DNA of 64,000 nucleotides, from NCBI GenBank assembly GCA_963703345.1, contig OY969814.1:896001-960000 (forward strand), in the 5' to 3' direction. The position numbers were made by a program, and so were the translations under genes. The notes under the pieces were generated by a model. The model was not told the DNA's origin, did no database searches, and saw only the letters and a list, made by a program, of their open reading frames with translations. Positions 11,387-23,303 of this stretch are shown piece after piece; the stretch's first letter is position 1; each line of letters starts with the position of its first letter. Source of the DNA: an uncultured Chloroflexia bacterium (GTDB lineage: Bacteria; Chloroflexota; Dehalococcoidia; DSTF01; JALHUB01).

Positions 11387-11601
11387 AGCTGGTCCGATCC
11401 CTGCTCGCACGTCGCGGAGGCGGTGGCGCTTCTGGGAGAGAGCGTGCGCAAGGCGGAGCCGCTGCCTTGAGACCGGACGATCCTATTGCCTTATTAGCCC
11501 ACTCGTTTTACTGTCGTAGACGGAGGAGGGACCCATCGCCGATGACTCCCATGGTTCGAAGGGAGCGAGCGTGAGACGGGCCGCGGCGGGCTTCCTTCCG
11601 C

Positions 11602-11631
11602 TTGCATTTTAATTCACGAGGCCGCTATGCT
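11602..11631 (+). promoter_or_regulatory. Putative sigma70 promoter of the nuo operon
   Basis: TTGCAT-N18-TATGCT, about 64 nt upstream of nuoA. Confidence 0.4.
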
Positions 11632-11694
11632 CGCACTGGCATAGCGGCCTTGCTGCGCGGAGTCCTGTCGTCAGGGAGCGTGAATCGAGGGTAG

Positions 11695-12084
11695 ATGAGG
11701 ACTGATCTCTGGCCCTTTTTCGTCTACCTCGGCGCCAGCCTTGTTGTGCTGGGCGGTATGCTGGTCTTCTCCTTCCTGCTCGGGCAGCGCCATCGTGAGC
11801 CGGCCACCGGGACCCCCTACGAGTCGGGAATCCTGCCCACGGGCACGGCGCGCGTCCGCTACGATGTCCTCTACTACCTGGTCGCCATGTTCTTCGTCAT
11901 CTTCGACCTAGAGGCGGTCTTTATCTTCCTCTGGGCCGTTGCCCTGCGAAGCGCCGGCTGGACCGGCTACATCGACGCCGCCGTCTTCATAGGCGTCCTA
12001 GTCGCCGGCCTGGCCTATCTGTGGCGACTGGGCGCGCTGGATTGGGGAGGCCTTGGTCAGGGAGGGCAGCGACTTGACAGATAG
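11695..12084 (+). CDS. nuoA: NADH-quinone oxidoreductase subunit A
   Basis: [28 protein letters not shown]. Confidence 0.95.
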   Translation: MRTDLWPFFVYLGASLVVLGGMLVFSFLLGQRHREPATGTPYESGILPTGTARVRYDVLYYLVAMFFVIFDLEAVFIFLWAVALRSAGWTGYIDAAVFIGVLVAGLAYLWRLGALDWGGLGQGGQRLDR

Positions 12085-12724
12085 CAACGCGACGCGGTTC
12101 CCCGACGCGATCGAACGCCCAGGCGAAGGCGGCGGCCGGGGCGCGCTCGACGCCCTGGTCTCGCGCATCGTCGTCCTGTCGCGCGTTCAGGACCTCATCG
12201 CCTGGGGCCGCAAGAACTCCCTTTGGCCCTTTAACTTCGGCCTTTCCTGCTGCTACGTCGAGATGGCGACCAGCCTCACCAGCCGGTTCGACCTCGCCCG
12301 CTTCGGCGCCGAGGTGATCCGCGGCACGCCCCGCGAGGCCGACGTGATGATCGTCGCCGGCACCGTCTTCCGGAAGATGGCGCCCTCTATCAAACGACTT
12401 TACGAGCAGATGATGGAGCCGCGCTGGATCATTTCGATGGGGTCCTGCGCCAACTCCGGCGGGATGTATGACATCTACAGCGTCGTGCAGGGCGTCGACA
12501 AGTTCATGCCGGTGGATGTGTACGTGCCCGGTTGTCCGCCGCGGCCCGACGCGTTCTTGGAAGGGCTGATCCTGCTGCAGAAAGCGGTGGGCAACGAGAA
12601 GCGCCCGCTGAGCTGGGTTGTCGGCGACCAGCGCGTCTACAGGCAGACGCCGCCCTCGCTGCGGGACCTCAAGCGGTCGGAGCGGCAGGCGATGGAGACG
12701 TATCACCCCATGAACGAAGTTTAG
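12074..12724 (+). CDS. nuoB: NADH-quinone oxidoreductase subunit B
   Basis: [27 protein letters not shown] (N2 ligands); TTG start after GGAGG. Confidence 0.95.
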   Translation: MTDSNATRFPDAIERPGEGGGRGALDALVSRIVVLSRVQDLIAWGRKNSLWPFNFGLSCCYVEMATSLTSRFDLARFGAEVIRGTPREADVMIVAGTVFRKMAPSIKRLYEQMMEPRWIISMGSCANSGGMYDIYSVVQGVDKFMPVDVYVPGCPPRPDAFLEGLILLQKAVGNEKRPLSWVVGDQRVYRQTPPSLRDLKRSERQAMETYHPMNEV

Positions 12725-12735
12725 AGACAGACCGA

Positions 12736-14518
12736 ATGCCGGAAGCTGAAGTTCAGACGCAACAGGACGCCGCCGCCGAGCCCGGCATCGCCCGGGAGCT
12801 GCGCGCGCGCTTCCCCGGCGCCGCCTTCACCCTCCAGCAGACCCGCGACGGCATTCCGACGCTCTGGACGGCAAAGGAGGACGTCGTTCAAGTCCTGCGC
12901 TTCCTAAAGTCCGAGGCGGCTCGCCCTTATGCCCAGCTCTACGACTTAACGGCGATCGACGAGCGCCTCCGTGGGCACCGCGAGGGCCAGCCGCCGAGCG
13001 ATTTCACCGTCGTCTACCACCTCATCTCCTACGAGCGCAACGAAGACGTGCGGATCAAGGTCGCGCTCACCGGCGACAAGCTGTCGATGCCCAGCGCAGT
13101 GGGAGTCTTCCCGAACGCCAACTGGTACGAACGCGAGGCCTGGGACATGTTCGGCGTCACCTTCGAGGGGCATCCAAACCTTCGACGCATCCTCATGCCG
13201 AACACCTGGAAGGGCCATCCCCTGCGCAAGGATTACCCCGCTCGCGCTACTGAGCTGCCGCCGTTCAGCCTGTCGGACGCGCAGGAGGAGGAAGAGCAGA
13301 AGGCGATGCAGTTCCGCCCCGAGGACTGGGGCATGCAGCGCCAGACCGAAGACGCCGATCTCATCTTCCTCAACCTGGGGCCGCAGCATCCCGGGACGCA
13401 CGGCATACTGCGCGTCGTCCTCCAGCTTGACGGCGAGCGGATCGTCGATGCAGTGCCCGACATCGGCTACCACCATCGCGGCGCCGAGAAGATGGGCGAG
13501 CGGCAATCCTGGCATAGCTACATCCCCTATACCGACCGCGTGGAGTATCTGGGCGGCGTGATGAACAACCTGCCTTACGTGATGGCCGTCGAGAAGCTGG
13601 CGGGCATCGAGGTGCCGGACAGGGTGAAGGTCATCCGCGTGATGATGTGCGAGCTTTTCCGTATTATGAGCCACCTCGTCTGGTACGGAACCTTCGCCGG
13701 CGACGTCGGCGCCCTTTCGCCCGTCTTCTACATGTTCAGCGACCGCGAGCGCGCCTTCGAAATCATCCAGGCCGTGTGTGGCGCCCGCATGCACCCGAGC
13801 TGGTTCCGCATCGGCGGCGTCGCCCATGACCTGCCGAACGGCTGGGACCAGATGATGCGCGACTTCGTCGCCTCGATGCCGCCGCGCCTCACCGAATATG
13901 ACAACCTTGTGATGAAGAACCCCATCTTTAAGGCCCGCACGCAGGGAATCGGCGCTTACACGCTGCGGGACGCCATCGAATGGGGCGTGACCGGCCCCGG
14001 CCTGCGCGCCTGCGGATTCAAGTGGGACTGGCGCAAGAACCGACCCTACTCCGGCTATGACCAGTTTGATTTCGAGATTCCGACGGCGACGAAGGGCGAC
14101 TGCTACGACCGCGCCGTCGTCCGCGTCGAGGAGATGCGGCAGAGCCTGCGCATCATTCGAGCAGTGCATCGACAACATGCCGTCCGGCCCCTACAAGTCG
14201 GACCATCCGCTGGCGACGCCGCCGCTCAAAGAGCGCACGATGCACGACATCGAGACGCTGATCACCCACTTCCTCGGCGTGAGCTGGGGCCCGGTGATTC
14301 CGCCGGGCGAGGCGTGCGTCGGCGTCGAGGCGACGAAGGGGAACAACAGCTATTACCTGATCAGCGATGGGAACACCATGTCCTATCGCACCCGCATCCG
14401 GACGCCGACGTTCCCGCACATGCAGATGGTGCCGCTGATGTCGCGCGGCGCCCTGATCCCGGACCTGATGGCGATCCTGGGCAGCATCGACTATGTGCTT
14501 TCGGACGTGGACCGTTGA
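12736..14518 (+). CDS. nuoCD: Fused NADH-quinone oxidoreductase subunit C/D; one +1 indel near 14156-14160
   Basis: [40 protein letters not shown]; C-terminus [16 protein letters not shown] lies in the next frame. Confidence 0.93.
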
Positions 14519-14527
14519 GGTGACAGT

Positions 14528-14993
14528 TTGCTGACGCAAGAGGAGCGAGAGGAGATAGACGCCGCGGTCGCCATGTCGGGGCGAAACCGCGCCGCCTGCA
14601 TCGATGCCATGATGGCGGTGCAGCAGCATCGTGGCTGGCTCTCCGACGAGACGCTCGCCGACCTCGCCGACTACCTGCGCCTGACAACGGCGGAGCTTGA
14701 CTCCGTCGCGACGTTCTACAATCTGATCTTCCGCAAGCCGGTGGGCCGGCACGTCATTCTCGTCTGCGACAGCGTGAGCTGCTGGCTCCTGGACTACGAG
14801 ACGCTGCTGGACCACCTGAAGTCGCGCCTGGGCGTCGAAGTCGGCGGGACGACGGAGGACGGGCGCTTCACGCTGCTGCCGTCGGTTTGCCTGGGCGCCT
14901 GCGACCACGCGCCGGCGATGATGGTCGACGGCGACGCAGTACGGGAACCTGACGCCGGAGAAGATCGACGCGATCCTCGGGGAGTGCAAGTGA
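14528..14993 (+). CDS. nuoE: NADH-quinone oxidoreductase subunit E; indel near 14935-14940
   Basis: VATFYN, CDSVSC, CLGACDHAP; shifted tail YGNLTPEKIDAILGECK ends in a TGATG overlap. Confidence 0.9.
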
Positions 14994-16274
14994 TGGACGA
15001 GAAGCCGCTGACCGGTCGCATCCGTTCCGGCGAAGGCCCGGTCGACCCTCGCCGAGTACGAGCGCACGGGCGGCTATCAGGGCCTGCGCAAGGCGCTCAA
15101 GATGCCGCCCAGCGACGTCATCGACATGGTGAAGGCCTCGACCCTCAAGGGACGCGGCGGCGCCGGCTTCCTGACGGGCATGAAGTGGAGCTTTGTCCCA
15201 ATGGGCGCGGACGCCCCGCAGCCCAAGTACGTCGTCGCCAACGCCGACGAGATGGAGCCGGGCACGTTCAAGGACCGCGTCCTAATGGAAGGCGACCCGC
15301 ACATGCTCATCGAGGGCATGATCATCGCCGCCTACGCCATCGAGGCGGAAGCGGCCTATATCTTCCTGCGCCGCGAGTACGGGCCATCCGCCGCGGCGCC
15401 TCAAGAAAGCTATCGCCGAGGCTTACGCCGCCGGTTATCTCGGCAAGAACATCCTCGGCTCGGGCCTCAACCTGGAGATGCACCTCCATCTCAGCGCCGG
15501 ACGCTACATGTGCGGCGAGGAAACAGGTCTCATCAACTCGCTGGAAGGGAAGCGCGCCAACCCGCGCGACAAACCGCCCTTCCCCGCCGTCGTCGGCCTC
15601 TGGGGCAAGCCGACCATCGTCAACAACGTCGAGACGTTCTGCAACGTGCCGCACATCATCGACAAAGGCGCCGAATGGTATCGCGGTCTCAGCAAGACGA
15701 ACGACGGCGGCACCAAGCTCTACGGCGTCAGCGGCAGGGTCAAGCGCCCCGGCTGCTGGGAGCTGCCCATGGGCACGACGATGCGCGAGCTCCTGGAAGA
15801 GCATGCCGGCGGCATGCAGGATGGCTATCGCTTCCGCGGCGCTCCTGCCGGGCGGCGCCTCGACGGACTTTCTCCTGGAAGAACACCTGGATACGCCGCT
15901 GGACTTCAGTTCGCTTCAGCAGCACGGCAGCCGCCTGGGCACCGGCACGATGATCGTCCTCGACGACAAGACCTGTCCCGTCGCGATGCAGCGTGAACCT
16001 CGAGCACTTCTTCGCCCAGGAGTCCTGCGGCTGGTGCACGCCCTGCTGGGGTGGACTGCACTGGGCCGAGCACACTCTGCGCAAGATCGAAGCGGGCAGC
16101 GGCACGCCCGCCGATCTCGAGATACTCGAAAAGCATCTCGCGTCGCCTGCAGCCCGGGCAACACCTTCTGCGCCCTGGCGCCCGGCGCCAATGGAGCCGC
16201 TCCAGAGCGCTCTGGTGCACTTCCGCGACGATTTCGAGCAGCACGTTCGCGAGCAGCGGTGCCCCTGGAGATAG
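14993..16274 (+). CDS. nuoF: NADH-quinone oxidoreductase subunit F; about 7 single-base insertions
   Basis: Pieces across frames: [66 protein letters not shown]. Confidence 0.88.
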
Positions 16275-16275
16275 C

Positions 16276-19004
16276 ATGGCGACGATTAGTCATCGACGAG
16301 CGCGAGTACGAGGTGCGGGACGGCCAGAACCTGCTCCAGGCAGCCTGTCGCTGGGGCTCGACATGCCGTACTTCTGCTGGCACCCGGCCATGGGCTCCGT
16401 CGGCGCCTGCCGTCAGTGCGCGGTCAAGCAGTTCAGAGACGAGAACGACACCCAGGGCCGGATCGTGATGGCCTGCATGACTCCCGCGACCGACGGCATG
16501 CCGCATCTCCATCGACGACCCGGAGGCGCGCGATTTCCGCGCCGGCGTCATCGAGCTGGCTCATGATCAACCACCCGCACGACTGCCCGGTCTGCGACGA
16601 GGGCGGCGAGTGCCATCTCCAGGACATGACGGTCATGACCGGCCACAACTATCGCCGCTACCGCGGCAAGAAGCGCACCTTCCGCAATCAGGACCTCGGC
16701 CCGCTCGTCAACCACGAGATGAACCGCTGCATCCAGTGCTATCGCTGCGTGCGCTTCTACCGCGACTACGCCGGCGGCCGCGACTTCGACGTCTTCGGCC
16801 TGCGCAGACCGCGTCTACTTCGGCCGCCAGGACGACGGCGTGCTGGAGAGCGAGTTCAGCGGCAACCTGGTGGAGGTCTGCCCCACCGGCGTCTTCACCG
16901 ACAAGACGCTTAAGGAGCACTACACGCGCAAGTGGGACCTGCAGACCGCGCCGTCCGATCTGCGTGCACTGCAGCCTCGGCTGCAACACCATCCCCGGCG
17001 AGCGCTACGGCATGCTGCGGCGCATCCGCAATCGCTACAACGGCGAGGTGAACGGCTACTTCCTCTGCGACCGCGGCCGCTACGGCTACGAGTTCGTCAA
17101 CGGCGACCGCCGCCTCCGCAGCGCCCTCGTCCGCGAGAAGCGCGGCGATGAGGCGACGCCGGTGGAAAGCGGCCAAGCGCTGCGTGCGGCGGCCTCGGCG
17201 CTCAAGGCAAGGGAAGCGCCTGATCGGGATCGGCTCGCCGCGGGCGTCGCTGGAGGCGAACTTCGCGCTGCGCACGCTCGTCGGGCCCGACAACTTCTAC
17301 GCCGGCGTCTCGGCGCTCGAACAGCGACTCGCCCGGCTCACACTCGACATAATACAAAGTGGCCCCGCTCGATCACCCTCGCTCGCCGACGTGGCCCGTT
17401 GCGATGCCGCTCTCGTCCTCGGCGAAGACGTGACGCAAACAGCGCCGAGACTGGCGCTCGCTCTCCGTCAGTCGCAGAAGCGGGCGCCCCTCCGGGAAGC
17501 AGCGAAGCTGCGCGTGCCGGAATGGGACGCCGCCGGCGTTCGCAACTCCACACAGGAAGCGCGCGGGCCGCTCTACATTGCCGCAACGCAGGGAACGCGA
17601 CTGGACGAGGTGGCGACGCGAAGCTATCGCGCCGCGCCGGAAGAGATAGCGCGGCTGGGGTTCGCTGTCGCCCACGCCATCGATGACGCGTCGCCCGCCG
17701 TGCCCGGCCCGCCAGCGGATGTCGCGGCGCTGGCAGCCGAGATCGCGGCTTCGCTCGTCGCCGCTGAGGCGCCGCTCGTCGTCAGCGGCGGCGGTTGCGG
17801 CAGCGAGGACATCTTGCGCGCGGCCGCGAACGTCGCCCGGGCGCTGCGACGCAAAGGACGCCCCGCGCAGCTTTGCCTGACTGTCCCCGAGTGCGACAGC
17901 CTCGGCCTGTCGCTCCTGGGCGGCGGAAGCCTGGCCGACGCGCTCGCCGCCGCACCGGACATGGTCGTCATTCTGGAGAACGACCTCTATCGGCGTGCCG
18001 ACGCGGCTTCCGTCAATGCGTTCCTGGGCGCGGCCAAGCGCGTCATCGTCGTCGACCACACCGCGAACGCGACGACCGCGCGCGCCGACATCCTCCTGCC
18101 CGCGGCGACCTTCGCGGAGAGCGATGGCACTCTCGTGAACAACGAGGGCCGGGCTCAACGCTCCTACCAGGTGTTCCCGCCGCCCGGCGACGTGTCCGAG
18201 AGCTGGCGCTGGCTCCGGGATCTGGGGGTCGAGGCCGGGCGTCGCGAGTTCGAAAGCTGGGCGAATATCGACGCCGTTGGCGCCGCGCTGGCGACGGCCG
18301 TGCCCGTCCTCGCGCCCATCACGGAAATCGGGCCGCCAGCCGAATTCCTCATCGTTGGCCGGCCCATCGCCCGACAACCCGGTCGCTACAGTGGTCGCAC
18401 GGCCATGAACGCCAACGCCAACGTGAGTGAGTCGCCGCCGCCGGAGGACGGCGATTCGCCGTTCGTGTTCTCCATGGAGGGCTATCAGGGGCAGCCGCCG
18501 TCGCCGCTTATCCCGCGCTTCTGGGCGCCCGGCTGGAACTCCGTGCAGGCGCTGAACAAGTTCCAGGAGGAGATTGCCGGCCCTCTGCGCGGCGGCGATC
18601 CGGGACGTCGACTCATCGAGGCACCGGAGAACGCCGAAACGCCCTATTACGGCGATGTCCCCGAAGCGCGCGCGCCCCCAAGCGGCAACTATCGCGTCGT
18701 TGCGGCGCACCACATCTTCGGCTCCGAGGAGCTGAGCGCTCTCGCGCCGGGAATCGCGAAGCTGGCGCCGCAGCCTTACGCCGGCCTCAGCCCCGACGAC
18801 GCCAATGACATGTCCTTGAGCCCTGGCCAGGAGGTCGAAGTGACGCTGGCCGGCCAGACGTTGCGCCTGCCGGTGCGCATCCTCCAAGGCCTGCCGAGGG
18901 GGATGGTCGCGCTGCCGGTTGGGCTGGAGCGCATGGAGTCGTTTGAGCTTCCGGCATTTGGCCGGCTTGGAAACCCGCGCGATGAGAAGGAGTCGGCGTC
19001 TTGA
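16276..19004 (+). CDS. nuoG: NADH-quinone oxidoreductase subunit G (long form); several indels between about 16290 and 17220
   Basis: [72 protein letters not shown]. Confidence 0.88.
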
Positions 19005-19954
19005 ACGAAATCATACGCTCGCTCCTCATCGTCTTCGGTCTACTCTTCGCGGCGCTCACGGTTGCCGCCATGTCCACCTGGCTGGAGCGGCGAATGCTGG
19101 GACTCTGGCAGGACCGCTACGGGCCGAACCGCGTTGGTCCCTTCGGGCTGTTGCAGGTGGCTGCGGACGCGATCAAGATGTTCATGAAGGAGGACTGGGT
19201 CCCGCCCTACGCCGACAAGGTGGTCTTCATCCTCGCGCCGGCGGTCATCATGCTGGCGGTGCTGATGTCCTTTACCGTTATCCCCTTCTCGGCGAGCCTG
19301 GGCGTCATCGACCTGAACGTAGGACTTCTCTTCTTCCTCGGCATGTCGTCGATGGGCGTCTACAGCGTCGTCCTTGGCGGCTGGGCATCCAACAACAAGT
19401 ACTCGCTGCTCGGCGGCCTGCGGGCGTCTGCCCAGATGTTGAGCTACGAGGTGTTCATGGGTCTTTCCATAACCGGCGTCGTGATGCTGGCCGGCTCCTT
19501 CAACCTGCGGGCGATAGTTGAGTCGCAGAAAGCGGTCTGGTATTGCGTCCCACAGGTGCTCGGGTTCCTCGTCTTCATGGTGGCCGGCGTCGCCGAGACA
19601 CGGCGCATCCCCTTCGACCTGCCGGAGGCGGACAGCGAGCTTGTCGCCGGCTTCCACTCTGAGTACTCGGCGATGAAGTTCGGCATGTTCTTCGTCGGCG
19701 AATACTTGGGCGTCGCCCTCATCTCGGTCATGATCGCAACGCTCTTCTTCGGCGGCTGGCTCGGTCCGATCCTGCCGCCGCCGATGTGGCTGGCGCTCAA
19801 GATGTTCGTCTTCATCTGCTTCTTCATACTGTTGCGTGCCACCTTGCCGCGGCTGCGCTACGACCAGCTCATGTCTTTCGGCTGGAAAGTCATGCTGCCG
19901 CTGGCGTTGTTGAACCTGCTGGTCACCGGCGCGGTTCGGCTGGGAATGGGTTAG
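19001..19954 (+). CDS. nuoH: NADH-quinone oxidoreductase subunit H
   Basis: [36 protein letters not shown]. Confidence 0.96.
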   Translation: MNEIIRSLLIVFGLLFAALTVAAMSTWLERRMLGLWQDRYGPNRVGPFGLLQVAADAIKMFMKEDWVPPYADKVVFILAPAVIMLAVLMSFTVIPFSASLGVIDLNVGLLFFLGMSSMGVYSVVLGGWASNNKYSLLGGLRASAQMLSYEVFMGLSITGVVMLAGSFNLRAIVESQKAVWYCVPQVLGFLVFMVAGVAETRRIPFDLPEADSELVAGFHSEYSAMKFGMFFVGEYLGVALISVMIATLFFGGWLGPILPPPMWLALKMFVFICFFILLRATLPRLRYDQLMSFGWKVMLPLALLNLLVTGAVRLGMG

Positions 19955-19965
19955 GACAGGAACGA

Positions 19966-20478
19966 ATGCTGGGCATACTGAAAGGGTTGTGGATCGTCTT
20001 CCTGCACGCTTTTCGGAAGCGCGTCACGGTCCAGTATCCGGAGCAGCGGCCCTACCTGGCGCCGCGGTGGCGCGGCCGGATCATCCTGTCGCGCCTCAAC
20101 GGCGAAGAGCGCTGCGTCGCCTGCAATCTCTGCGCCGCCGTCTGCCCGGTCGACTGCATTGCCCTTCAGGCGACGGAGGACGAGACGGGCCGCCGCTATC
20201 CCGCCTTCTTCCGCATCAACTTCTCGCGCTGCATCTTCTGCGGCTTCTGCGAGGAAGCCTGCCCGACATACGCTATCCAGCTCACCCCCGACTTCGAGAT
20301 GGGCGAGTACGTGCGGCAGAACCTGGTCTATGAGAAGGAGGACCTTCTGATCAGCGGGCCGGGCAAGTATCCTGATCACGATTTCTACCGCGTCGCCGGC
20401 CTGGCGATCGGCGGCAAAGACAAAGGAGAGGCAGAGAACGAAGAAGCGCCGCGGGACGTGCGCACGCTGCTGCCCTGA
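19966..20478 (+). CDS. nuoI: NADH-quinone oxidoreductase subunit I
   Basis: [12 protein letters not shown] and [12 protein letters not shown]. Confidence 0.96.
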   Translation: MLGILKGLWIVFLHAFRKRVTVQYPEQRPYLAPRWRGRIILSRLNGEERCVACNLCAAVCPVDCIALQATEDETGRRYPAFFRINFSRCIFCGFCEEACPTYAIQLTPDFEMGEYVRQNLVYEKEDLLISGPGKYPDHDFYRVAGLAIGGKDKGEAENEEAPRDVRTLLP

Positions 20479-20493
20479 CGCTACGAGGCTGAT

Positions 20494-21084
20494 ATGAACG
20501 ATGTCTACTACATATCATCCGTGGTGGCGGTAATCGCCACGGCGGCCGCGATTACCGGCCTCAACGCCGTGCATTCGCTGCTGTACCTGATCGTCTCCTT
20601 CCTGGCGATTGCGCTCGTATTCTTCACGCTCGGCGCGCCGGTCATCGCGGCGCTGGAGGTGATAATCTACGCCGGCGCCATCATCGTCCTGTTCATCTTC
20701 GTCGTTATGATCCTGAATCTCGGCAACGAAGCCGTCGAGCAGGAGAAGCGCTGGACGCTGGGAAAGGCGTGGATCGGCCCCGGGTTCCTGGCCTTCGTGC
20801 TCATCGCGGAGGTCGTGTACGTCCTCTTCCAGAACAGCAGCCACCTTGTGGGCGGGGGCGCGATCGAGCCCGGTGAGCTGGGCGCCACGCTGTTCGGGCC
20901 GTACATGCTGGGAGTGGAGCTGGCGTCGATGGTGCTGCTGGCCGGCCTGATAGGCGCCTATCACCTGGGGCGACGCCGCCAGCCCGACGAGACGCAACAG
21001 AAGCGGGAGGAGCCTCCGGTGGATAGCCCGGCCGGCGGCGGACCCGAGCAACAGGAGCCGGTCGATGCGAGCCTTGCGCGGTAA
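20494..21084 (+). CDS. nuoJ: NADH-quinone oxidoreductase subunit J
   Basis: NAVHSLLYL, YAGAIIVLFIFVVMIL; operon position. Confidence 0.93.
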   Translation: MNDVYYISSVVAVIATAAAITGLNAVHSLLYLIVSFLAIALVFFTLGAPVIAALEVIIYAGAIIVLFIFVVMILNLGNEAVEQEKRWTLGKAWIGPGFLAFVLIAEVVYVLFQNSSHLVGGGAIEPGELGATLFGPYMLGVELASMVLLAGLIGAYHLGRRRQPDETQQKREEPPVDSPAGGGPEQQEPVDASLAR

Positions 21085-21100
21085 GAAGAGGGAGGACTGA

Positions 21101-21409
21101 ATGGCCTCTATACCGATGGAACAGGGTCTTCTCCTGGCCACGGTGCTCTTCGCCCTCGGCCTGATCGGCGTGCTCGTGCGACGCAACATCATCTTCGTGC
21201 TCCTGTCCCTGGAGGTGATGCTGAACGCTTCCGGGCTGGCCTTCATCGTCGCCGGCTATCGCTGGTCGCAGCCGGATGGCCAGATACTGTTCCTCTTCGT
21301 CCTGACGATGGCCGCGGCGGAGGTTTCGGTGGGCCTGGCGCTGGTGCTGCAGCTCCACCGCCTGTTCAAGACGCTCGACATCGACGTAGCCAGCAGAATG
21401 AGAGGCTGA
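21101..21409 (+). CDS. nuoK: NADH-quinone oxidoreductase subunit K
   Basis: [23 protein letters not shown]. Confidence 0.95.
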   Translation: MASIPMEQGLLLATVLFALGLIGVLVRRNIIFVLLSLEVMLNASGLAFIVAGYRWSQPDGQILFLFVLTMAAAEVSVGLALVLQLHRLFKTLDIDVASRMRG

Positions 21410-21410
21410 T

Positions 21411-23303
21411 TTGCTGCATCTCCTCTTCCTGGTGCCTATCCTGCCGTTCTGCGGCTTTGTCGTCCTGGCGCTTGGCGGGCGCTGGCTGACGAAGACCCAG
21501 ATCGCTCTGGTCGGCGTCGGTTCCGTTGGGCTGTCGGCGGTCATCGCTGTGGCTATCAGTCTGAACTTCGTCGCGGACGCGCCGCCAGGCAACGCCTTCT
21601 CGCAGTCGATCTGGACGTGGATAAATGTGGACGGCTTCTCGCCCCACATCGCTTTCTACCTCGATTCGCTCTCCGTGATCATGATCCTGGTCGTGACCGT
21701 CGTCGGCTTCCTTATCCACCTCTACTCCGCCGAGTACATGGAGGACGAGCCGGACGGCTACGCGCGCTTCTTCGCCTGCATGAACCTGTTCGTCGGCTCC
21801 ATGCTCACGCTCGTCCTTGCCGACAACCTGCTGCTCCTCTACCTCGGCTGGGAAGGCGTGGGCCTGTGCAGCTACCTGCTCATCGGCTTCTGGTACACCG
21901 ACCCCGTGAACGGCCGGGCGGCGCGCAAAGCCTTCACCGTCACCCGCGTCGGCGACACGGCGATGCTCGTCGGCTTGCTGCTGCTGTTCACCAAGCTGGG
22001 GACGCTCCAGATCCAGCCGCTGATGCAGGCCGCTCAGACGCACTGGGTCGTCGGCTCCAGCATCACCGTTGCTGCCGCCGGGCTGCTTCTCGGCGGCGCC
22101 CTGGGGAAGTCGGCGCAGTTGCCGCTCCAGACGTGGCTCCCGGACGCCATGGCCGGTCCGACGCCCGTGAGCGCGCTCATCCACGCCGCGACGATGGTCA
22201 CTGCCGGCGTCTACCTGATAGCCCGCATGAACGTCCTGTTCACTATCTCGCCGGTCATCCACACGACCGTTGCGGCCGTCGGCGCCGGGACGCTCATCCT
22301 CGCCGGCTTCAGCGCCCTTGTCCAGCGCGACATCAAGCGCGTCCTGGCCTACTCGACGATCAGCCAGATCGGCTACATGTTCCTGGCCGTCGGCGTCGGC
22401 GCCTGGTCGGCGGCGATGTTCCACTTCATGACGCACGCCTTCTTCAAGGCCCTCCTCTTCATGGGCGCGGGCGTCGTCATCCTGGGGCTGCACCACGAGC
22501 AGGACATGTTCAAGATGGGCGGCCTCCGGAAGCAGGCGCCCCTGGTCTTCTGGACGTTTCTTGCCGGGTCCGTGTCGCTGGCCGCGCTGCCGCTTGTCAC
22601 CGCCGGCTTCTACAGCAAGGACGCCATCCTTGCCGGAGCGTGGGCGTCGGATGCAGGCGGGCGCTGGCTGTGGGCGGCAGGCTTCGGTGGCGCGCTGCTG
22701 ACCTCGCTATACACGTTCCGCATGGTCTTCTATGTGTTCTTCGGAGAGGTGCGGACGCCGTTCCACCTGAAGCCGGGCCTGCGGTTGATGCTGCCGCTGG
22801 TCGTGCTCGCCTGCCTGTCCATCGTCGCGGGCTATCTCGACCTGCCGGGCACGCTCGGCAACCACCTGTGGTTCTCCGACTTCATGCACACCTCCCTGCC
22901 GGAGACGAAGGAGTTGGCCACAAGCACGGAGCGCAACCTTCAGATTGGCGCTTCGCTGATATCGCTCATCGGCATTCTCTTCGCCTATTACTTCTTCCTG
23001 CGTGAGCCCGGACTGGTGCGCAGGCTGGTGGCGACGCCGGTGGGCGCGGCGCTGCACCGCTTCTGGTTCCTGGGCTGGGGCTTCGACTGGGTCTACGACA
23101 ACTTCATCGTCGGCACGTACGTCAAGGTGTCGCGCGCCAACCGCAGCGACGCGTTCGACCAGCCGATTCGGGCGGTCGCGCTTATCAGTCAGGCAGCCAA
23201 CATCGTCCTCAGTTGGTCGGAGACGGGGCGATTGCGCTGGTACGCGGCGAGCGTGGTGGCAGGCGCCATCGTCGCCGTAGGAATCGTGGTGTTCTTCGCA
23301 TGA
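21411..23303 (+). CDS. nuoL: NADH-quinone oxidoreductase subunit L
   Basis: GWEGVGLCSY, KSAQLPLQTWLPDAMAGPTPVSALIHAATMV, THAFFKA. Confidence 0.96.
   Translation: MLHLLFLVPILPFCGFVVLALGGRWLTKTQIALVGVGSVGLSAVIAVAISLNFVADAPPGNAFSQSIWTWINVDGFSPHIAFYLDSLSVIMILVVTVVGFLIHLYSAEYMEDEPDGYARFFACMNLFVGSMLTLVLADNLLLLYLGWEGVGLCSYLLIGFWYTDPVNGRAARKAFTVTRVGDTAMLVGLLLLFTKLGTLQIQPLMQAAQTHWVVGSSITVAAAGLLLGGALGKSAQLPLQTWLPDAMAGPTPVSALIHAATMVTAGVYLIARMNVLFTISPVIHTTVAAVGAGTLILAGFSALVQRDIKRVLAYSTISQIGYMFLAVGVGAWSAAMFHFMTHAFFKALLFMGAGVVILGLHHEQDMFKMGGLRKQAPLVFWTFLAGSVSLAALPLVTAGFYSKDAILAGAWASDAGGRWLWAAGFGGALLTSLYTFRMVFYVFFGEVRTPFHLKPGLRLMLPLVVLACLSIVAGYLDLPGTLGNHLWFSDFMHTSLPETKELATSTERNLQIGASLISLIGILFAYYFFLREPGLVRRLVATPVGAALHRFWFLGWGFDWVYDNFIVGTYVKVSRANRSDAFDQPIRAVALISQAANIVLSWSETGRLRWYAASVVAGAIVAVGIVVFFA

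Noticed and set aside
11545-11570. tRNA (GGTTCGAA T-loop)
   Set aside because: No cloverleaf, D-arm or anticodon arm can be built. I recognised no tRNA, including tRNA-Sec, in the window.
11602-11619. Rex operator upstream of nuoA (TTGCATTTTAATTCACGA)
   Set aside because: Only the right half resembles TTGTGAA-N4-TTCACAA; five mismatches overall.
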